A DNA stretch of 39,462 nucleotides. It comes from a virus. Its lineage: Duplodnaviria > Caudoviricetes. The stretch spans positions 1-39,462 of IMG/VR virus record IMGVR_UViG_3300037483_000650; one strand, written 5' to 3'. A model generated the notes under the pieces. It was not told where the DNA came from, ran no database searches, and saw nothing but the letters and a program-made list of their open reading frames with translations. Positions 8,868 to 16,091 of this stretch are shown piece by piece; within the stretch, counting starts at the first letter, position 1, and every line of letters begins with the position of its first letter. The position numbers and the translations under genes are program-made.

Positions 8868-9196
8868 TGCCCATCAAGCTGCCGTTCGGCGGCAAGTTCC
8901 TCCGCCTCGCCGCCCGGATTGGCGGCGCCGCGATCGGCGGCCCGCTCGCGCTCCTGATCCCCGAGGCGGTCAACCTCGGGCTCGGCGCCCTCGCCGCAAC
9001 GCGGGGCGAGCCGGCGCCGGCGCCAATCCAGGACACGCGGGCGAGCCTCAAGGGCTCGCGCACGGTGATCGCCGCCGCGGCGTGGGCCCTGGGCCACGTC
9101 GCCGCCGCCTTCGGCCTGTGGGCGCTGCCCGGGCCGTGGGACCCGATATTCGCCTACGTGATCCTCGGCACGGTCAGCCTCAAGGCGGTGAGATGA
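8867..9196 (+). CDS. Membrane protein of the lysis cassette
   Basis: Hydrophobic segments and an SLKGSRTV motif. Translationally coupled on both sides. Confidence 0.55.
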   Translation: MPIKLPFGGKFLRLAARIGGAAIGGPLALLIPEAVNLGLGALAATRGEPAPAPIQDTRASLKGSRTVIAAAAWALGHVAAAFGLWALPGPWDPIFAYVILGTVSLKAVR

Positions 9197-9588
9197 ACGA
9201 AGATCGCTTCGTTCAACAGCGGATGCCGGCTGACTGTGTTGTCGCTTGCCTCGCGATGTTCCTCGGCAAGACCTACGAGGATATCGCCCGGCATTGCGCC
9301 GGAGCCGAACTGGTGATGTACGGCCTGCCGTGGTCGCGCGAGCGCCATATCTGCGAGCTGTTCAAGGTGGATGTCGAATGCGTCGATCGGACTCTCGTCA
9401 ACTGGCGGCGCGCCGCGATTTTGACGGTTCCCAGCCTGAATGACGGCAAGGGGCAGACACATGCCGTTTATTGGGATGGTCGGCGCGTGTGGGACCCCCA
9501 AAAAGGTCGGCCCGGCAAGGCCGCCTACACAAACCAGCGGGCGCGCGAGTTCTGCATTGTCGGCATTCGGAGGACAATTAGAAAATGA
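9193..9588 (+). CDS. Peptidase C39-like (papain fold) small protein
   Basis: VQQRMPADCVVACLAM...HAVYWDGRRVWDP gives a Q-x5-C...H...D arrangement. ATG 9193 overlaps the upstream TGA. Confidence 0.65.
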   Translation: MNEDRFVQQRMPADCVVACLAMFLGKTYEDIARHCAGAELVMYGLPWSRERHICELFKVDVECVDRTLVNWRRAAILTVPSLNDGKGQTHAVYWDGRRVWDPQKGRPGKAAYTNQRAREFCIVGIRRTIRK

Positions 9589-9812
9589 AATCGGATCAGA
9601 TGCAAAAAACTGAGTATGGATGGGTGATCGAGAGAGGGGATTCGACTGTCGACGCCCCGACATATTGGGCCGGACCTGTAAATCACGGGCTCAATACGTG
9701 GTCTCAGAATCACATGGATGCGGTTCGATTTGCTCGGAAAGATGATGCCGAGCGCGTCGCCCCATATCTCGGCGATGGGCATCACCGCGTTGCCGAGCAC
9801 GGCTGGGGATAA
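9585..9812 (+). CDS. Hypothetical protein
   Basis: 75 aa with ATGA overlap. GWVIE...YW...DAVRFARKDDAE...AEHGW looks like a real small phage protein. Confidence 0.65.
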   Translation: MKSDQMQKTEYGWVIERGDSTVDAPTYWAGPVNHGLNTWSQNHMDAVRFARKDDAERVAPYLGDGHHRVAEHGWG

Positions 9813-9821
9813 CTCACAAAT

Positions 9822-10112
9822 GTGGCCACCATTATGATTCGCCCCTTCGCGTTACTCCTGCTCACCACAATGCCGGCGCTCGCCCATGGCTGGTACGACC
9901 CGGCGTGCTGCTCGGACCGGGACTGCGCGCCGATCGCCAACACCGAGGTCGAGTGGACGCCAAAGGGCTGGCACGTGATCGGCGAGGACAGGTTTTTCGG
10001 CCATGGCGACTGGGGCTTCCGCCGGTCGGAGGACACCGGCTGGCACCGCTGCGAGTTCCCGCTGGGCAGTGGCCGGACGCGGTGCCTCTACGTCCCGGAC
10101 CCGGGGCTATGA
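9822..10112 (+). CDS. Exported Cys-rich small protein (start may be ATG 9834)
   Basis: Signal peptide ending ALA-H, then WYDPACCSDRDC...WHRC...TRCLYVP. Confidence 0.7.
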   Translation: MATIMIRPFALLLLTTMPALAHGWYDPACCSDRDCAPIANTEVEWTPKGWHVIGEDRFFGHGDWGFRRSEDTGWHRCEFPLGSGRTRCLYVPDPGL

Positions 10113-10146
10113 CCGTGATTGGCACCGTGACCCTCGAGGCAACGGG

Positions 10147-10533
10147 ATGAACGCGCACGCCTATCTCGCCGAGCACAAGACCGAGGTCTGGCGGCTGGCC
10201 AAGCACGCCGGCCCCTACGTCTGCGCGTTCTGGGCGGTGCTCGGCACCCTCGTCGCCGCCGGCTGGCTGGATACGCCGGCCAGGTCGCAGGACATCGAGA
10301 GGGTCCAGGAGAAGCTCAACAGCCAGTCGACCGCGATCGCGGAGCAGTCGGACGCCATCGAGGCGCAGTCGAGATCGCTGCAAACGGTGCGCGAGAACGA
10401 CATCCGCCAGACCGAGCAGCTCAATGGCATCGACCGGAAGCTCGACGGGGTTCAGCAGCAGCTTGGCATCGTGCTGGAGCGGCTATTGAACGCGCCGGGC
10501 GGCGGCGGGCGCTACGGGCGCGATCCGCTGTAG
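10147..10533 (+). CDS. Membrane-anchored coiled-coil protein
   Basis: One TM segment followed by a Q/E-rich heptad region. Last gene before the terminator. Confidence 0.65.
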   Translation: MNAHAYLAEHKTEVWRLAKHAGPYVCAFWAVLGTLVAAGWLDTPARSQDIERVQEKLNSQSTAIAEQSDAIEAQSRSLQTVRENDIRQTEQLNGIDRKLDGVQQQLGIVLERLLNAPGGGGRYGRDPL

Positions 10534-10556
10534 GCGGTCACCGCGCAGGCGATGGG

Positions 10557-10588
10557 GGCGGCCTTCCCGGGCGGGAGGGCCGCCTTTT
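10557..10588 (+). terminator. Rho-independent terminator ending the late operon
   Basis: ggcggccttccc-gggc-gggagggccgcc 12-bp stem followed by tttt, between convergent genes. Confidence 0.85.
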
Positions 10589-10630
10589 CGCGTTTCGGGC
10601 GCGGGTGACGGGCCGTTGGCGATGAGCGCG

Positions 10631-10810
10631 CTAGGCGTTGCGCGGAGCGGCCTCGATCGCCTCGCACAAGAGCTCGATCGATCGCGGAATCTCGATCCGG
10701 CCGGTCTCGTAGCGGCTGATCATGGTCCAGTGCCGGCCGAGCCGCTCGGCCGCCTCGGCCTGGGTGAGACCGAGGCGGACGCGCCAGAGGGTGAGGTCGT
10801 GGGGACTCAT
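10631..10810 (-). CDS. XRE-family HTH protein (59 aa, not in the ORF track)
   Basis: Translated by hand: MSPHDLTLWRVRLGLTQAEAAERLGRHWTMISRYETGRIEIPRSIELLCEAIEAAPRNA*. Confidence 0.85.
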   Translation of the reverse strand: MSPHDLTLWRVRLGLTQAEAAERLGRHWTMISRYETGRIEIPRSIELLCEAIEAAPRNA

Positions 10811-11293
10811 CTAGGCCACTTCGGCGTGGCCGTGGCGGCGGCAGTGGATGGCAGCGAGGGCTGCTTCGCGGCCGATGTCCGCCGTGCCGATCACGCTGTC
10901 GGCGGCCTCGGCGATGATAGTGGCTTCCTCGCGGGTGCTCGACAGGAGCGCCGTCTGGGCGAAGGCGTATGCGGTGGCGTCGCTGATGTCGTCATGGGCG
11001 ACGAGAAGTGCGCCCTTGTCCCACCACACGGGGTCGCCGTCCTCGTAGTGCTGCCCGCCGAAGGCGTCGATGTCGTCGAGGATGGCCTGCTGGAGCAGGG
11101 CGCGGCCAGTGGCGATCATGGCGCCCCGGAAGAGGTTCTGGGCTGCCTTGGCGTCCTCCCCGCCCGGCGCCCCGATCCCGAGGACGAATCGTGGGCCGCT
11201 CGCGCTACGGCGCTTGCGCGTGTCGAGCACGGAGTGGGCCAGCGGGCTCATGAGGATCGAGTAGCGGCGGATTGCCTGTGTCCATGTGGTCAT
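10811..11293 (-). CDS. Hypothetical protein (160 aa), first gene of a two-gene moron
   Basis: RBS AAGGAG upstream of ATG 11293. Its stop abuts the XRE start. Confidence 0.75.
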   Translation of the reverse strand: MTTWTQAIRRYSILMSPLAHSVLDTRKRRSASGPRFVLGIGAPGGEDAKAAQNLFRGAMIATGRALLQQAILDDIDAFGGQHYEDGDPVWWDKGALLVAHDDISDATAYAFAQTALLSSTREEATIIAEAADSVIGTADIGREAALAAIHCRRHGHAEVA

Positions 11294-11320
11294 CGGTCTG
11301 TCTCCTTTATCGATGGTCAC

Positions 11321-11349
11321 AATATAGCCCCACGCTATGCGCCCGGCAA
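11321..11349 (-). promoter_or_regulatory. Sigma70-type promoter of the moron, with an internal palindrome
   Basis: TTGCCG-17 nt-TATATT on the minus strand. ATAGC-N5-GCTAT at 11324-11338. Confidence 0.7.
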
Positions 11350-11358
11350 TGCGTAATG

Positions 11359-11823
11359 CTAAAATCTGTGATGTGGATCACAACAGCCGGCGGCCGGCGG
11401 GCGGTTGGCGATCTCGAGCAGCACGTCGGCGTGGCACGCCTGATCGAGCGGGCACCAGCATACGAGATCCCTGCCGGCGAGCGCGGCTCGTATCTCGGCG
11501 AGCGTCGGCGGCGCCGGGGCGGTGATGACGGGCGAGAGAACGACAGCCACCGCGCCGCCCGGCCCCTCGGCCCCAAGCCCGCCGGCCGCCACGCCGGCAC
11601 GGCCGCCGATCAGCCAGGCGCGATAGATCGCGATCGAGGCGGCGAGGCGCCCGGCGCGGTCGGCGCGAAACCCATGGGCGAGCGCGGTCCAGCAATATAC
11701 CTCGCGGCGGAAATCGAACGGATTTCCCCACACGGTCGGCCGGCCGACATAGACCGCGCCCTCGGGCATCCGCCAGCCCTTGGTGCGCTTGCGCTGGAGG
11801 CGGCGGGGGCGGCGGGGCATCAT
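11359..11823 (-). CDS. DUF4326 domain protein
   Basis: RLQRKRTKGWRMPEGAVYVGRPTVWGNPF...LAGRDLVCWCPLDQACHADVLLEIAN. Confidence 0.9.
   Translation of the reverse strand: MMPRRPRRLQRKRTKGWRMPEGAVYVGRPTVWGNPFDFRREVYCWTALAHGFRADRAGRLAASIAIYRAWLIGGRAGVAAGGLGAEGPGGAVAVVLSPVITAPAPPTLAEIRAALAGRDLVCWCPLDQACHADVLLEIANRPPAAGCCDPHHRF
11772..11802 (+). repeat. 31-bp direct repeat, copy 1 (DUF4326 5' end)
   Basis: gccagcccttggtgcgcttgcgctggaggcg, identical to 12636-12666. Confidence 0.9.
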
Positions 11824-11826
11824 GCC

Positions 11827-12024
11827 TCACCCACGTCGATCGCCTTCGATGTCCGCGATGGCATTTCGAGCTATCGTGGCAGCAACTTCGTAAGCAGCGA
11901 GACGGCCGCAGTCGTAATCATCGTCGGCGCCGCTTTCGGCCTTGAGCGGATCGTGTAGCCGGGCAATGCGCAAAAGCGCGTTCAGTGCGCAGTGAAGATT
12001 TGCAGAAGCAGGATTGTCCATCAT
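11827..12024 (-). CDS. Hypothetical protein (65 aa)
   Basis: ORF fills the gap in the leftward gene run. Confidence 0.5.
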   Translation of the reverse strand: MMDNPASANLHCALNALLRIARLHDPLKAESGADDDYDCGRLAAYEVAATIARNAIADIEGDRRG

Positions 12025-12042
12025 TCATCTACCCCCGGCCGG

Positions 12043-12558
12043 TTATTGTTCAACCCCCGCATCGACGACCTTCTGAGCGCGGCGCCACGCCTCCGCTTGC
12101 TCCGGGTCGTCATCGTCGGCCCAATTCTCCGGCCGCACTGCGATCAGATCAGCGAGCGCCTTGTGGGCAGCCTCGCAGTCGTTGAGTAGGTTGCCAATGC
12201 GCTCATCCGCGAGCGCCGTCTTGGCGTCGAGGCGGCGGAACTGTTCTGCAATCGCGTCGCGCAGGTTTGCGGCGACGTGGCCCGGCATCCGCTGCCAGTC
12301 CGCCGCGTGCTCGCCGACGATCCTGTCCGCTAGCGTATCGAATTCGTCGCCTTCGACGTTGATGACGCGTTGCTCGTCTACGTCGTCCTTCAGAGCGTCG
12401 GCATAGGCATGGCACGCTTCAACCAGCGCGTCGTAGCGCTCGCATTCAAGGTCATCCAAGTCACGATTCCAAGGCAGCGCGAATTCGATGCCATGCGAGG
12501 CGAACACCATAGCCGCCTCAGAAATAGCTCCGGCCTCGTCCATCGCTTTCCAGCTCAT
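12043..12558 (-). CDS. Hypothetical acidic helical protein (171 aa)
   Basis: RBS GGAG before ATG 12558. Ends with RPENWADDDDPEQAEAWRRA. Confidence 0.65.
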   Translation of the reverse strand: MSWKAMDEAGAISEAAMVFASHGIEFALPWNRDLDDLECERYDALVEACHAYADALKDDVDEQRVINVEGDEFDTLADRIVGEHAADWQRMPGHVAANLRDAIAEQFRRLDAKTALADERIGNLLNDCEAAHKALADLIAVRPENWADDDDPEQAEAWRRAQKVVDAGVEQ

Positions 12559-12635
12559 AGGAAATCTCCAATTATTGCCCAGATGACGATGGCGAACGTT
12601 GCTGCCGTGATGATCCAGCCGCCGATTTCGGGAGG

Positions 12636-12675
12636 GCCAGCCCTTGGTGCGCTTGCGCTGGAGGCGCTGTGGCAT
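12636..12675 (-). pseudogene. Orphan 5' fragment of a second DUF4326 gene (repeat copy 2)
   Basis: RBS plus MPQRLQRKRTKGW, after which similarity stops abruptly. Confidence 0.7.
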
Positions 12676-12697
12676 GGGGTGAAATCTCCCGCTGGCG

Positions 12698-12967
12698 TCA
12701 GCCTTCGCGCTCGGCGTAGTGCTGGTCGAGCATTCCGAGGGCCCTGCGCAGGGTGACCCGCAGATCGCGCTTGTCCCAGAACGTCACCGCCGCGCTGTCG
12801 TCGTCGCAGCGGTGGATGAAGGGCCCCTGATATTGCTGTCCGTCGACCGTGGCCGGCAGCTCGAGATAGATGCGTAGGCCGGTGAACCGGGTTCCCTCGA
12901 TCTCCTTTTCGATGATCTCGATGCGGCCATCCCCGGGCATTTCCTCGGCGTAGATGTTCACGTTCAT
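12698..12967 (-). CDS. Hypothetical phage protein (89 aa)
   Basis: RBS GGAGGAG. MNVNIYAEE...FTGLRIYL...DDDSAAVTFW. Confidence 0.8.
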   Translation of the reverse strand: MNVNIYAEEMPGDGRIEIIEKEIEGTRFTGLRIYLELPATVDGQQYQGPFIHRCDDDSAAVTFWDKRDLRVTLRRALGMLDQHYAEREG

Positions 12968-13060
12968 GGCGCTCCTCCATTGCTGTGCAGATCGCGTGCG
13001 GTTTTCCGCCGCTTTTGACGCAACTGATTGATCCTATTAGGTGTTTCGGGCGCGGCGGAG

Positions 13061-13103
13061 TCCCTTAGCAGGGGAGCGCCTTCGACCGCTCGGCCACCTC
13101 TCC
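13061..13103 (-). tRNA. 5' half only of tRNA-Ser(GCT), the att core; not a complete tRNA
   Basis: Minus strand reads GGAGAGGTGGCCGAGCGGTCGAAGGCGCTCCCCTGCTAAGGGA: acceptor 5' strand, D arm and anticodon arm CTGCTAA. No variable arm, T arm or CCA follows. Confidence 0.85.
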
Positions 13104-13110
13104 GCCGGGG

Positions 13111-13139
13111 AAAATGGCCGGAAACCGTGGGCTTTGCAA
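13111..13139 (-). promoter_or_regulatory. Putative replacement promoter for the tRNA
   Basis: TTGCAA-17 nt-CATTTT, then a GC-rich 7-nt discriminator-like stretch directly before tRNA position 1. Confidence 0.6.
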
Positions 13140-13221
13140 GCAGCCGATCGCGGCAGGTGGACGCCAGCGGACGAACGAAGACGGAACCGGGCGCCGGAAT
13201 GCGTGCAAATCCCGTGCAGAT

Positions 13222-13236
13222 GTTCCGCCGGTGTTC
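13222..13236. promoter_or_regulatory. Alphaproteobacterial LexA box
   Basis: GTTC-cgccggt-GTTC matches the GTTC-N7-GTTC consensus exactly. Confidence 0.6.
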
Positions 13237-13242
13237 CATTTT

Positions 13243-14325
13243 CTAAAGCTCGACCCCGGGGCTGGGCGCGATCGCCCCGGCCCAGGCGCCGGCGTCGTCG
13301 CCCTCGAAATGCCAGCCGAGGCGCGCGGCCTCGGCGCCGATCGAGGGCCGCGAGAGCTGGACATACCTTTGCCACTCGCCCGACAGCCAGCCGCCCTCGT
13401 CCCTCAGCCGGACCACGTCGCGGGTCTGGGAGTAAAACCACGTCGCCCAGGAGTGGCGGGCGGCGTGGGGGGTGAAGATCGCCGGGTCGAGCCCGGCGTC
13501 GGCGACGCAGCGGCGGAACAGGACGGCGATCTGGCCGCCGCGATCGCCGCGCTCGGCGTAGGCGCGCCCGTCGGGCCGGCGGAACACCGGGCCGGTCGCG
13601 CCTAGATTGGGGAGGGTCGAAAGCGCCGCGACGGCGCGCCCGGTCAGCGAGATCGCCCGCTCGCGGCCGTTCTTTGTCGCGCGCAGATAGGCGAGCCGGT
13701 GCTCGAGGTGGAGGTCGCGGGTCTCCAGCGCCAGGGTCTCGCCGAGCCGCGAGCCCTGGCCGAACAGGACGGTGAGGAGCGGGGCCGCCCACGGGCTCGG
13801 CCGGCGTCCGGCCGCGGCGGCGGCGATGACGAGCTCGGCCTCGGCCGGCATCAGGAAATGGGTGCGCCGGCCGCCGGCGACCCGCGGGCGGCGGAACCGG
13901 CGCTCGACGCCGGCGTGCCTCAGGACCGCGATCACCGGGGTGTACCACTGGCGCAGCAGCGTCGCGCGCGCGGCGGCCGGATAGGCGCGGTGGCCGGCGC
14001 TGTCGAGCGCGATCTGGTCGATGGCGTCGATCCGCGTCTCGCCGAAGGCGTCGAGCGGGGCATCGAGGAAGCGGTGCGAGCCGCCGCGCCGCAGGTAATC
14101 GATGACCGCCTCGGCGAAGGTCAGCGCCGGCCGCCGGCCGGTGATACTAGCCTCAAGGTGCCAGGCCTCGATCTGGCGGAGGACGCCTTCCGCTTTCGCG
14201 CGGTCAGCAGATCGCGTGCTCTGGTAGATGCGTCGACGGTGTGGCCGGCCGTCGTACCAGACGGTGCAGTCGCCGCGGATGTACCAGGTCCGGCCCGGCC
14301 CGCGCTGGAGGAGTCTGAGCGGCAT
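13243..14325 (-). CDS. int: Tyrosine integrase
   Basis: GSRLGETLAL (R), TKNGRER (K), PHAARHSWATW (HxxR), GGW and terminal RY motifs. Confidence 0.95.
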   Translation of the reverse strand: MPLRLLQRGPGRTWYIRGDCTVWYDGRPHRRRIYQSTRSADRAKAEGVLRQIEAWHLEASITGRRPALTFAEAVIDYLRRGGSHRFLDAPLDAFGETRIDAIDQIALDSAGHRAYPAAARATLLRQWYTPVIAVLRHAGVERRFRRPRVAGGRRTHFLMPAEAELVIAAAAAGRRPSPWAAPLLTVLFGQGSRLGETLALETRDLHLEHRLAYLRATKNGRERAISLTGRAVAALSTLPNLGATGPVFRRPDGRAYAERGDRGGQIAVLFRRCVADAGLDPAIFTPHAARHSWATWFYSQTRDVVRLRDEGGWLSGEWQRYVQLSRPSIGAEAARLGWHFEGDDAGAWAGAIAPSPGVEL

Positions 14326-14528
14326 TCGAGTCTCCCGATGAGCCCGGCGAGCTGGGCCGCGGTCATCATGACCGCGCGGCCGGCGCGGGTAAAGCGCGAC
14401 CCGGTCTCGCGGATGCGGCGGCGGACCTTGAGCTCGCGGTGCGGATCGGCGGGATCGAGCCTGAGGGCGTCGGCGATCTCGGCGAGGGTGAGGAGGACAG
14501 GCGCTTGGTGCCGGGTGTCAGGTGTCAT
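14121..14528 (-). CDS. Excisionase-like HTH protein overlapping the 5' end of int
   Basis: LLTLAEIADALR HTH, with a low-complexity tail overlapping int by about 200 bp in another frame. Confidence 0.65.
   Translation of the reverse strand: MTPDTRHQAPVLLTLAEIADALRLDPADPHRELKVRRRIRETGSRFTRAGRAVMMTAAQLAGLIGRLECRSDSSSAGRAGPGTSAATAPSGTTAGHTVDASTRARDLLTARKRKASSARSRPGTLRLVSPAGGRR
14506..14526 (-). repeat. Heptamer array 1 (3x GACACCY-like)
   Basis: GACACCT GACACCC GGCACCA directly at the xis start codon. Confidence 0.8.
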
Positions 14529-15027
14529 TTCCAGCGCTCCTGGCGCGTCGCCGGATCGCCCGGCACCAGCCGCCGCACGGCTGCTCGTGTGCCGGGTCCT
14601 CGTGGCAGACGAAGAGGGCCCGAGCGCGCACGGCGGCCTCGAAGTCGCGCCTGGTGTGCAGGCTGACCGAGGCCTCGCTGCCCTTGCGCGCGGCGCATCC
14701 AGCACACACCAGCGGTAGCGCGGACTCGTCCATGCGGGCAATCGCGCGCAGCCGCTGGCGCGACACGGGGCGTAGCTTCTTGGCCGCATATGACAGACAG
14801 GTCACGCCGGCGCCGGGGTCGGTGACCCAGCCGTCGGTCGGCGGCGCGGCGCCGTCCTTTGCCTCGATCAACCGCTCGGTGATGGGGCAGGAGAGCTGGT
14901 GCACGCAGTGATCGCACAGCATCGCGTACAGAGCCGGCCATTCGGCATCGGTCGGGCGGATGGGGCGGCGGCGTCCGTCGAGCGCCGTCGCGAGCCGGGG
15001 CGAAAGGCCGGACAGGAGAACTCTCAT
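14518..15027 (-). CDS. Cys-rich putative zinc-binding protein
   Basis: CDHCVHQLSC, VTCLSY, CAGCAA, FVCHE and PCGGWC motifs. Confidence 0.7.
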   Translation of the reverse strand: MRVLLSGLSPRLATALDGRRRPIRPTDAEWPALYAMLCDHCVHQLSCPITERLIEAKDGAAPPTDGWVTDPGAGVTCLSYAAKKLRPVSRQRLRAIARMDESALPLVCAGCAARKGSEASVSLHTRRDFEAAVRARALFVCHEDPAHEQPCGGWCRAIRRRARSAGNDT

Positions 15028-15407
15028 TCGGCCGCACCGGCGTGGGCGGCGCGCTCCTCGGCGCGGGCGATGGTCGCGAGGCGGACCCTGACCGAGGAGA
15101 CCGCGCGGCCGAGCCGGCGGGCGATCTCGGACCGGCTGCGGCCCGCCGCGGCGAGGCCGGTGAGGGCCGCGTCCTCGGCGGCGGTGAACGCCCTGACCGG
15201 GCGGCCGGCGCGGAGCCTCAGCGGCGGCTGGCGGCGGGCGGCTGGCGGCGGCCCCGGCGGCTCGGCGCCGAGCCGGCGGCAGTGGTATTCGACGCCCGAG
15301 CGCGAGCAGCCGAGCTCGGCGGCGATCGCGCGGTAGGTCCAGCCGGCCTCGCGCAGCTCGCAGAGGCGGGCGATCGCGGCCGGGCCGAGCGGCTGGCGCC
15401 GGGTCAC
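15024..15407 (-). CDS. Protein with two HTH motifs
   Basis: GWTYRAIAAELGCSRSGV and GRSRSEIARRLGRAVSSV. Confidence 0.8.
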   Translation of the reverse strand: MTRRQPLGPAAIARLCELREAGWTYRAIAAELGCSRSGVEYHCRRLGAEPPGPPPAARRQPPLRLRAGRPVRAFTAAEDAALTGLAAAGRSRSEIARRLGRAVSSVRVRLATIARAEERAAHAGAAE

Positions 15408-15631
15408 GGGACCAGCCTCCAGACCAGCCAGGCGTCGAGCGCGAGGTTCGCGGCGATGGCGAGGGCGGCGACGGCGAGGGCGAGGGCGGCGGCCCAGGCG
15501 AGCCCGGGCGGGCCCCGGCGGCGCGGCGCGGCCGGCGGCAGCGCGAGGCGGAGCCGGATCAGCCCGGCGAGGGGGTCGGCCAGGGGATCGGCCGACTGGT
15601 CGCCGCGGCGGCCGGGGTCGCGGGCGGTCAT
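15404..15631 (-). CDS. Small membrane protein
   Basis: C-terminal TM helix. Four-base overlaps with both neighbours. Confidence 0.6.
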   Translation of the reverse strand: MTARDPGRRGDQSADPLADPLAGLIRLRLALPPAAPRRRGPPGLAWAAALALAVAALAIAANLALDAWLVWRLVP

Positions 15632-15828
15632 CCTCGCAGCGCCTCGATCCTGGCCTCGATCTCGCCGGTGAGCCGGGCGAGGCGGGCGCGCTCGGCGCGG
15701 GCGAGGCGGACGGCGGTCTCGAGCCGGGCGAGGGCGAGGGCGTGCTGGCGGGCGAGCGGGCCGCGGGCGAGAACGTCGGCGGCGGCGAGGCGGGCGATCT
15801 CGCGCTCGACCGGGTGGGCGATGGTCAT
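15628..15828 (-). CDS. Small coiled-coil protein (66 aa)
   Basis: MTIAHPVEREIARL..., with ATGA overlaps on both sides. Confidence 0.6.
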   Translation of the reverse strand: MTIAHPVEREIARLAAADVLARGPLARQHALALARLETAVRLARAERARLARLTGEIEARIEALRG

Positions 15829-16007
15829 GGCAGGACTCCGTCGAGGATGGTCGCCGGGACGAGGCCGGCGAGGGCGAGGGCGATGATCGCGGCGAGCGCG
15901 ACCAGGCCGGCGTAGACCCCCATCAGCGCGCAGGCCGCGAGGACGGTCGCGGCGAGCGCGAGGCGCCGGCCGGCGCGGCGCGGTGGCGGGCGAACATTCG
16001 GTGGCAT
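15825..16007 (-). CDS. Small membrane protein (60 aa)
   Basis: RBS GAGGAG before ATG 16007. Two hydrophobic segments. Confidence 0.6.
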   Translation of the reverse strand: MPPNVRPPPRRAGRRLALAATVLAACALMGVYAGLVALAAIIALALAGLVPATILDGVLP

Positions 16008-16091
16008 GGTGCGCTCCTCCTCGCAAAGGGTTGCCGCGTCGCGCGAGGCGTGTTGAAGTTCCCGCTCGGGTGAGAAAAGGGAGGCGGGGAC

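Larger units (their letters stand above)
12985..13236. other. attP region: tRNA-derived core, IHF site and arm-type repeats
   Basis: Non-coding gap after int. GTGCARAT-like pairs 11 bp apart on both sides (12985/12996 and 13203/13214). IHF-like GATCAATCAGTTG on the minus strand at 13021-13033. Confidence 0.85.

Noticed and set aside
13040-13103. Complete phage-encoded tRNA-Ser
   Set aside because: Similarity ends after the anticodon arm. There is no variable arm, T arm or acceptor 3' strand.
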